Source of the DNA: Desulfurococcaceae archaeon
GTDB taxonomy: Archaea > Thermoproteota > Thermoprotei_A > Sulfolobales > Desulfurococcaceae
DNA length: 64,000 bases
Reading direction: 5' to 3'
NCBI GenBank assembly: GCA_038816475.1
Contig: JAWBAI010000001.1
Span: forward strand, 64,001 to 128,000
The translations under genes and the position numbers were made by a program. Below, one piece after another: positions 58,158 to 64,000 of the stretch; the first letter of the stretch is position 1, and every line of letters begins with the position of its first letter. Below the pieces are notes generated by a model. It ran no database searches. It was not told the DNA's origin and was given only the letters and a program-made list of their open reading frames with translations.

Positions 58158-59300
58158 CTACTGCCTTTTAGTTCTTATTTTAACACACGCCATAAACATG
58201 GATCTAAGTAATTCTTCGGCAAACCTGGGTTCGCAGTTTGCACAGTCAGCATCAATGGTAATTAACCACTTATTGAAGACTACTCTGTGAACTTTAGCAC
58301 CCATTTGTTCAAGGATTCTACGTACTTCTCTGGGAGAAGGCTTCTCGAGGTTTTCACCCTTAAGGCCATAGTATGTCATTCTCCAGCATACAACGCCGTG
58401 AGTGTAAAGGTTTGCCATGCACGCCGATGGAAAGAACAGGAGTCCTTTTTTCTTGGCGTACGCGGCTATCATGGTCTTAATGTCACTTGTTTCAACATCG
58501 TACTGAATACCAGGCTTCATCTTGTCAATGGGTACTTTCATTCTTCTGGTTATCTCGTTGACATTGATACCGGCTTCCTTGAGGCTCTCGAGGATTCTCT
58601 TGGTAACTCTTAGTGAACCGGCAACAACACCTACAGCTTTATATTCTACGGCTAGGTCTATCAACCTGGTGTACTCCTTCTCCGTTAAACCAGGAATTAT
58701 TGGTCGCAGAAACAGGAATGGCTTTAACCCGGCTTCTCTGAGGTTCCTAATGGTTTCAAATCTCTTCTCGGGATCTGGTGAGTATGGTTCTAGTTGCTCA
58801 GTAGCTACGACTGTTACAATGGTTACTAGAGGTGAGATCCTTCCCTTACTAAGGTTGTAGAGCTTTTCAGCATCCGCTTGGTTTATGTATAGCTTCGTTG
58901 AGAACTGAACGGGGTTACCAAGGTACTTATACACGTGCTCGATGTATTCGAAGGTCTTGTTCTTTGCTATCGGGTGAAAGGGTTCGCTTATGCTACCAAA
59001 GGCAAGGTATGTTCCCCGTAAACCCGGGATGAAGTACTTGCTTGAAAGTAGTGCATAGAGTAGCTGTAGACCGGTTAAAGGATATGGTTCCATCACCGGT
59101 TCAAACCCCATATCGTAGATGTAGCAGTACTTGCACCGGTATACACATCCAACAGCAGTATGAACCGTTAATCCGCAGGGTCTTGGAGGTCTCTTTGCAT
59201 GGTAGTCTCTTAGGGCAGAAGCTTTCTCGGACTCCGATAGTTTAGACCCCACTTCTTCTCTGAGTCTACGCTTAAGCTCAAGCAGCCTCTGAGCATCCAT
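58158..59300 (-). CDS. Radical SAM protein (spore-photoproduct-lyase-like family)
   Basis: GCVYRCKYCY, GSISEP, QFSTK, LEP..P..EKRF and LRPIIPG. Confidence 0.85.
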   Translation of the reverse strand: MDAQRLLELKRRLREEVGSKLSESEKASALRDYHAKRPPRPCGLTVHTAVGCVYRCKYCYIYDMGFEPVMEPYPLTGLQLLYALLSSKYFIPGLRGTYLAFGSISEPFHPIAKNKTFEYIEHVYKYLGNPVQFSTKLYINQADAEKLYNLSKGRISPLVTIVTVVATEQLEPYSPDPEKRFETIRNLREAGLKPFLFLRPIIPGLTEKEYTRLIDLAVEYKAVGVVAGSLRVTKRILESLKEAGINVNEITRRMKVPIDKMKPGIQYDVETSDIKTMIAAYAKKKGLLFFPSACMANLYTHGVVCWRMTYYGLKGENLEKPSPREVRRILEQMGAKVHRVVFNKWLITIDADCANCEPRFAEELLRSMFMACVKIRTKRQ

Positions 59301-59351
59301 GCACTTAGACCTTACCAGAGTGATTTAAGGACTGCAATAGGGATAAATATA

Positions 59352-59417
59352 ATGTGGATGAGGAAAAGCTGGCGAAGCGAGAAGTGAGCGCAAACCTCCT
59401 CACCGACGAGCTGAGAA
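59352..59417 (+). ncRNA. Candidate box C/D sRNA
   Basis: TGGATGA-GGAAAAGCTGGCGAA-GCGA-GAA-GTGAGCG-CAAACCTCCTCACCGACGAG-CTGA; TATA-like TTTAAG at 59324-59329 at the expected distance. Confidence 0.55.
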
Positions 59418-59507
59418 CACCACTATTACTTACACGCTGTCTGACAGCTCTCTTGGATTTCACGTGCATTATATTTAAACGCCACTCACTCATATAAAAT
59501 GTACGGT

Positions 59508-59592
59508 GCGGGGGTGCCCGAGCTTGGTCAAAGGGGCCGGGTTGAGGACCCGGTGGCGTAGGCCTGCGTGGGTTCAAATCCCACCCCCCGCA
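59508..59592 (+). tRNA. tRNA-Leu(GAG)
   Basis: GCGGGGG/CCCCCGC acceptor + A73, anticodon arm CCGGG-TT-GAG-GA-CCCGG, long variable arm, GTTCAAAT. Confidence 0.96.
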
Positions 59593-59865
59593 CTCCTTGT
59601 TGAGCACTGTTAAGTGAAAGAGAACTACTTATTCGAACGCGGGGAACACTGAAACGTATGAGCTTTCTATTGAAAGTATAGTTAACCCTCCTTCCTAATG
59701 ACCACTTATAAGCATTTCCTAAAAACCTCAAGAAGAAAACTGCCCACGCTAACTGATAAATTCCTTGAGCTGGAACGATCTGGAACAATCCGAGATTATT
59801 CACGACATTGTTTCAACTGTGAGGATTTAAATTGAACAGCAGATTTGTCTTGACTAGGATGGATT

Positions 59866-60222
59866 ATGGCAAGAAAGCTCAACAGTAAACTAGTATTGAT
59901 GTACATTGTTTTCGTCACAATGACACTAGCTGGAGTAGTTAGTACATTCTCCGGAATAGTACTTTTGCTTAGCAGTACCAGTAATGGATTTGGTGGAGAA
60001 CGAGCGAGAGGAGAACTTGAAGGGGGTCTAAGAGTAAACACAAGGGATGTCACTCTGGGATTGAAAAGAAGTGAGTGGAAATACATACATGTAGTTTCAT
60101 CACTCCTATGTGTAACCCTAGTTGCAGTACATGTGGTGCTTAATTGGAGATGGATTGTTAATGTATCCAAGGTTGTTTTGGGCAATGGCGTGCCTACTGA
60201 AGTAAAACACCATGGTTGGTAA
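59866..60222 (+). CDS. DUF4405-like membrane protein (putative haem-b-binding His pair)
   Basis: Two TM segments; WKYIHVVSSL...VAVHVVLNWRWI signature. Confidence 0.75.
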   Translation: MARKLNSKLVLMYIVFVTMTLAGVVSTFSGIVLLLSSTSNGFGGERARGELEGGLRVNTRDVTLGLKRSEWKYIHVVSSLLCVTLVAVHVVLNWRWIVNVSKVVLGNGVPTEVKHHGW

Positions 60223-60341
60223 AATCACTGTTTTCTCCTATAGTGATGAACGGTGATCATTCGTTCGTACCCGGTTTATGTAGTTAGCGGGAGTCAAGCT
60301 TTTATTTGCAGATAGCCTAACTAATTACATGCTAGTGGTGC

Positions 60342-61406
60342 ATGGTCTTGCTACCAGAGGAGAAGACAGGTATCGTGGGTTGGGGTGTTTACGTACCAAG
60401 ATGGAGGCTAAAGCTCTCTGAGATAGCAAGGGTGTGGGGGTTTAACCCGAAGGAACCCGAAGAGCTCAATGTTACGGAGAAGAGCGTTGCTGGAATAGAT
60501 GAAGACGCTGTTACCATGGGCTGGGAAGCAGCTAGAAATGCTCTTAAGAGAGCAGGTGTAAACCCCAAGGACATTGGTGCTGTGTGGTTTGGAACCGAGA
60601 GTAAACCGTACGCTGTTAAACCCTCAGCAACTATTATAGCGGAGGCTCTTGGAATAACACCCTACACTATGGCTACTGATTTGGAGTTTGCATGTAGAGC
60701 GGCAAGTGAGGCTATACGAATAAGCATAGGCGCGGTTGCATCGGGACTTGTAAAGTATGCGCTCGTGATCGGAAGCGATACAGCGCAAGCAAATCCCGGT
60801 GATGTATTGGAGTTTACAGCTTCTTCAGCTGCCACAGCTCTCATCATAGGTAGAAGGGACGAAGCTGCAGCGTACTTCGAGGCGAGTGCAACATTTGTAA
60901 CGGATACACCCGATTTCTGGCGAAGAGATACAGTTAAGTACCCTCTTCACGGCGAGGCTTTTACGGGTGAACCAGCCTATTTCAGGCATATTGTGGGTGC
61001 TGTGAAAGCTCTTCTAGAGAGAACAGGGCTGAAACCGGAGGACTTCGACTACGCTGTGTTTCACCAGCCCAATGGTACATTTCCGCTTAGAGTAGCAAGA
61101 ATGCTTAACATTCCACGAGAAAAGGTCTTACCGGGCTTGATAACACCGCTGATAGGCAACAGCTACAACTCTTCAGCACTTATAGGACTTGCAAGAGTGC
61201 TGGAGATAGCCAAGCCTGGTCAACGCATACTTCTAGCACCATTCGGTAGTGGCGCTGGTGCAGATGCTTTCAGCATCGTTGTTGCAGATTTGGTTGAGGA
61301 GAAAAAGAACAAGGCTCCAACCGTGGAAGATTACTTAAACAGAAAGTACTATGTGGATTACGCGGTTTACGCCAAGAACAGGGAGCTTATACGTAGGATT
61401 GAGTAG
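60342..61406 (+). CDS. Hydroxymethylglutaryl-CoA synthase (archaeal)
   Basis: [22 protein letters not shown], catalytic [25 protein letters not shown] and FGSGAG. Confidence 0.93.
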   Translation: MVLLPEEKTGIVGWGVYVPRWRLKLSEIARVWGFNPKEPEELNVTEKSVAGIDEDAVTMGWEAARNALKRAGVNPKDIGAVWFGTESKPYAVKPSATIIAEALGITPYTMATDLEFACRAASEAIRISIGAVASGLVKYALVIGSDTAQANPGDVLEFTASSAATALIIGRRDEAAAYFEASATFVTDTPDFWRRDTVKYPLHGEAFTGEPAYFRHIVGAVKALLERTGLKPEDFDYAVFHQPNGTFPLRVARMLNIPREKVLPGLITPLIGNSYNSSALIGLARVLEIAKPGQRILLAPFGSGAGADAFSIVVADLVEEKKNKAPTVEDYLNRKYYVDYAVYAKNRELIRRIE

Positions 61407-61844
61407 ATGGTGATGCTGATGGTGAGGATCACGATTCCTCCCTACTGGAGAACAAGGCTCTGCAGGTACAAGCTCATAGCCACGAAGTGCAGAAAGTGCG
61501 GTAGATCAGCCTATCCACCGTCGAATCTATGTAGACACTGTGGTTCAAAAGAAGTTGAACAGGTAGAACTGATAAACGAGAAAGCCAGACTATTAACCTG
61601 GACCCTCATTTACAACGCCATGGAAGGGTTCGAAGATAGAAGACCACTACTACTTGGAGTAGTTGAAACCATTGAAACTGGCGTAAGAATAATGGCGCCG
61701 TTAACCGATGTTCTCCCAGAGGAGCTGAAGCCTGGAATGCTCATGGAACCCGTGTTGAGGAGAGTTAGAGAAGAATGCGAAGCTGGGCTCATATACTACG
61801 GTATAGCATATAGACCCGTACTCAAGGTAGAGAGTTTTTTGTAG
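61407..61844 (+). CDS. DUF35 Zn-ribbon/OB-fold protein (HMGCS-thiolase scaffold type)
   Basis: WR....Y.L...KCRKCG...YPP...C..CGS; GMLMEPVLRR...GLIYYG..YRP. Confidence 0.9.
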   Translation: MVMLMVRITIPPYWRTRLCRYKLIATKCRKCGRSAYPPSNLCRHCGSKEVEQVELINEKARLLTWTLIYNAMEGFEDRRPLLLGVVETIETGVRIMAPLTDVLPEELKPGMLMEPVLRRVREECEAGLIYYGIAYRPVLKVESFL

Positions 61845-63400
61845 ACTTCGTACTGCGCTCTTAAAACTTCGTTTACACGGTCTCCTAGGTGGATTCTATC
61901 CCATGGGAGTTCTTCATCTATGTTGTAGCCTGTAAACACGTATTTGAAGTTTACGACAAGCTCGCGCACAGCACGTCTCCAACCTGCAAGTCCACCACCG
62001 TGCTGAGCCCACTTGACTATGAACTCTCCCAGGGGCTCTTTGGATAAGGATAGTTGTGCTTGAACTATTGCCCAATCAACATCGTACGCTCTGTAGTCAA
62101 CATGGGATCCGAGCTTACTTCTGTACTCTCTGAGAATGCTCATAAGCTCTTCGCGGCTCATCATACCAATATACTGGAATATTGTTCTAGGCTTCGGAAC
62201 AAGGGGGTTGAGTGTGATACTTACTCTACGACCTAGCGATTTTGCCAGCTTAAGAAGATTGTTCATGACAGTTACATTCTCGGATATGACATTGCTCGAC
62301 TCTAATCCCTTAAACCCGTAGACAATGTAAAGCTTTAAGTTAAACCCTTTCCTGAGTAGTTCTTCTATCAAGTCTAGAACGTAACCCAGAACCCCTGGAT
62401 ACTTGAATATAGAACGCTGAATAATGCTTGAAAACGACTCTGGTGCTATAGTGAGAGATCTTTGTCCAAGTTGCTTAATTGTGTCAAGGGCTTTCAAGAG
62501 CAACGGGGTCAACCTAATGGACGGAAGCGATGCTTTAAAACCTTCGTGAGCCAGATACTCAAGAAGCTTAAGGTTATTATTGCTTACTGGAAACGCTAAA
62601 GAGTAAAGCACAAGTCGCTTACCACTAACAGAGTGGGCTACACCTTCCTCAATTATCTTGACCAGTTTAGTATATGATCTTTCGCGGTAGGGTTGAAAAG
62701 CCCTTGTCTCTATGCAAAAGGAACACCAGTAGGGGCATCCTCTTGAAACTTCCAGCTTAAACCCTCTTCCGTATATAGGTTCAACGGAGAGGTTTTCGAC
62801 CTGGCGTATTGGATAAAACGCTGAGTCAAGATCTGGAACATACTTCTTTTCGACATGCTTATCCTCATACATGGAAACGTACGTGTACCTTAGCTGAGAA
62901 ACAGCTTCCAGGAAACTTTTCTTGCTATCTCCGTACTGCAACCACAAGTTAACGATCTCAGGTAGTGTAACCTCGGCTTCTCCAACAACGCATACGTCTA
63001 TGATATCACTAAAGGGTACAGGGTTTTCAATACACACGGGTCCTCCAGCTACAACTACATGTTTTTCTCTACCCTTAGATAGAACACCTATTCCAGAAGC
63101 TAGGAGAATTCTGGCGAGATTAACAATATCTGGTTCGTAGTGCAGAGATGTAAGTATTAGCTTGAAATCTCTCAGCGGACTTCCTGTTTCAAGGCTTTTC
63201 GGAGGATCTTCGGGTCCATAAAGCCTAGAGCACGAGAACCTCTCAACGTACACCTCCTCTATGGAGTTTAGCATTGAGTACACGATGTCAGGGGCTAAAC
63301 TCGAGATCATCGCTTTGTACAAACTTGGGTAAACATATGCTACTCTAGCACTAACCCTACTGATGTTCTTACGAAACACGTTTACTTCCATGATCAGCAT
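61796..63400 (-). CDS. B12-binding-domain-type radical SAM protein
   Basis: YPSLY....SSL, SLETG.PL..F, VAGGP..NP.P, GEAE, EVSRGCPYWCSFC, SLPSIR, TIAPES and PKPRT.FQ. Confidence 0.88.
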   Translation of the reverse strand: MLIMEVNVFRKNISRVSARVAYVYPSLYKAMISSLAPDIVYSMLNSIEEVYVERFSCSRLYGPEDPPKSLETGSPLRDFKLILTSLHYEPDIVNLARILLASGIGVLSKGREKHVVVAGGPVCIENPVPFSDIIDVCVVGEAEVTLPEIVNLWLQYGDSKKSFLEAVSQLRYTYVSMYEDKHVEKKYVPDLDSAFYPIRQVENLSVEPIYGRGFKLEVSRGCPYWCSFCIETRAFQPYRERSYTKLVKIIEEGVAHSVSGKRLVLYSLAFPVSNNNLKLLEYLAHEGFKASLPSIRLTPLLLKALDTIKQLGQRSLTIAPESFSSIIQRSIFKYPGVLGYVLDLIEELLRKGFNLKLYIVYGFKGLESSNVISENVTVMNNLLKLAKSLGRRVSITLNPLVPKPRTIFQYIGMMSREELMSILREYRSKLGSHVDYRAYDVDWAIVQAQLSLSKEPLGEFIVKWAQHGGGLAGWRRAVRELVVNFKYVFTGYNIDEELPWDRIHLGDRVNEVLRAQYEVYKKLSTLSTGLYAIP

Positions 63401-63444
63401 CTACCTGTATAAACACTTATATACCCTACATACTTATACAGGTC

Positions 63445-64000
63445 ATGGGATTTGCTTTGGTGGACTACTCTAAGTTCTACAGTAATCTAGCGCGAGCTAT
63501 TAAGGCATCAGAGATAAGAGAACTACTAGCCGTTATTAGCAGGAGAAGAGACATAATAAGTTTTGCTGGAGGAATACCAGATCCTGCTCTTTTTCCCAGA
63601 AAAGAACTAGCCGAGATCGCAAAAGAAATTATCGAGGTTTACGGTGATCAGGCTTTACAGTACAGTGAAACAAAAGGTGTACTTGCGGTTAGAGAGGAAA
63701 TTTGCAAATACATGAAGACCAGAAAACACTTCAACTGCGATCCAGAGGATCTGATTATCACAGCAGGTAGTCAATCAGCGCTAGACATTGTTGCTAGAAC
63801 CCTGATCAACCCGGGAGATATTGTTATAACTGAGAATCCAACGTATCTAGCAGCAATTGGTGCATTCAAGAATGCTGGCGCCAGACTTGTGGGAATACCG
63901 GTGGACGACAACGGCATGAAGACCCATGTCTTAGAGGAAAAGCTTAGAAGTTTTTCAACCGAGGAAAGAAGTAAACTGAAATTCATATACACAGTACCTA
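63445..64000 (+). CDS. PLP-dependent class I/II aminotransferase (ARO8/LysN-like), 3'-truncated by window edge
   Basis: Hand translation (absent from ORF track): ...KASEIRELL...ISFAGGIPDP..FP...ALQYS.TKG...REEI...ITAGSQSALD....INPGD.V.TENPTYLAA...KFIYTVP. Confidence 0.92.
   Translation, partial: MGFALVDYSKFYSNLARAIKASEIRELLAVISRRRDIISFAGGIPDPALFPRKELAEIAKEIIEVYGDQALQYSETKGVLAVREEICKYMKTRKHFNCDPEDLIITAGSQSALDIVARTLINPGDIVITENPTYLAAIGAFKNAGARLVGIPVDDNGMKTHVLEEKLRSFSTEERSKLKFIYTVP

Noticed and set aside
59695-59757. AATGACC...AAACTGCCCAC-GCTAA-CTGA with an 11-nt match to a recalled 23S segment
   Set aside because: Poor C box, no C'/D', and the match does not cover the +5 position; an 11-mer rRNA match is expected by chance.
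59305-59803. Minus-strand ORFs 59305-59607 and 59528-59803
   Set aside because: They run antisense through tRNA-Leu; the translations are typical tRNA-shadow artefacts.
60243-60268. GTGATGA plus GAACG/CGTTC inverted repeat upstream of HMG-CoA synthase
   Set aside because: No downstream D box; the short repeat is not distinguishable from chance.
589-63992. Many 60-160 aa antisense or alternate-frame ORFs in the track (e.g. 12026-12493, 13544-13930, 39791-40258, 45751-46236, 53759-54175, 59796-60185, 63771-63992)
   Set aside because: They lie opposite or within well-supported genes, are Ser/Thr/Pro-rich as expected for shadow frames, and have no motifs.
1-64000. CRISPR arrays, IS elements, rRNA, RNase P or SRP RNA, split tRNA halves
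   Set aside because: No regularly spaced repeats, transposase ORFs or long GC-rich RNA genes seen; all five tRNA genes are complete.

Overview
Gene-dense (~42-43% GC by eye) core-genome segment of a hyperthermophilic crenarchaeon (Thermoproteota), most consistent with Desulfurococcales/Desulfurococcaceae. Support: archaeal PriL, Cdc6/Orc1, Hel308, Taw3, DtdA, geranylgeranyl reductase, HMG-CoA synthase/DUF35, and intron-containing tRNAs with bulge-helix-bulge (BHB) motifs. It holds about 65 protein genes for nucleotide/nucleoside salvage (upp, udp, pfkB, AMP phosphorylase, nadM, pncB, adk), lipid/inositol synthesis, replication/repair and RNA modification, plus five tRNA genes: Thr-UGU with intron, iMet-CAU, His-GUG with intron, Thr-GGU and Leu-GAG. 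I saw no transposase, integrase or CRISPR array. The main unannotated signals are non-coding. There are four candidate box C/D guide sRNAs: a tandem pair upstream of priL (putative targets tRNA-Gln U34 and tRNA-Leu U44), one with an atypical box layout and 14-nt complementarity to the 16S decoding site, and one upstream of tRNA-Leu. There is also a hairpin/pseudoknot-rich 525-bp intergenic region, structured pre-tRNA flanks, and a priL stop codon lying antisense inside tRNA-Thr. Protein-level candidates for uncharacterised systems are an HD-dNTPase operon with three coupled unknown genes and a pncB-nucleotidyltransferase-pseudo-phosphoesterase operon. rRNA/tRNA-Gln targets rely on recalled conserved archaeal sequences that are not in this window and need checking.
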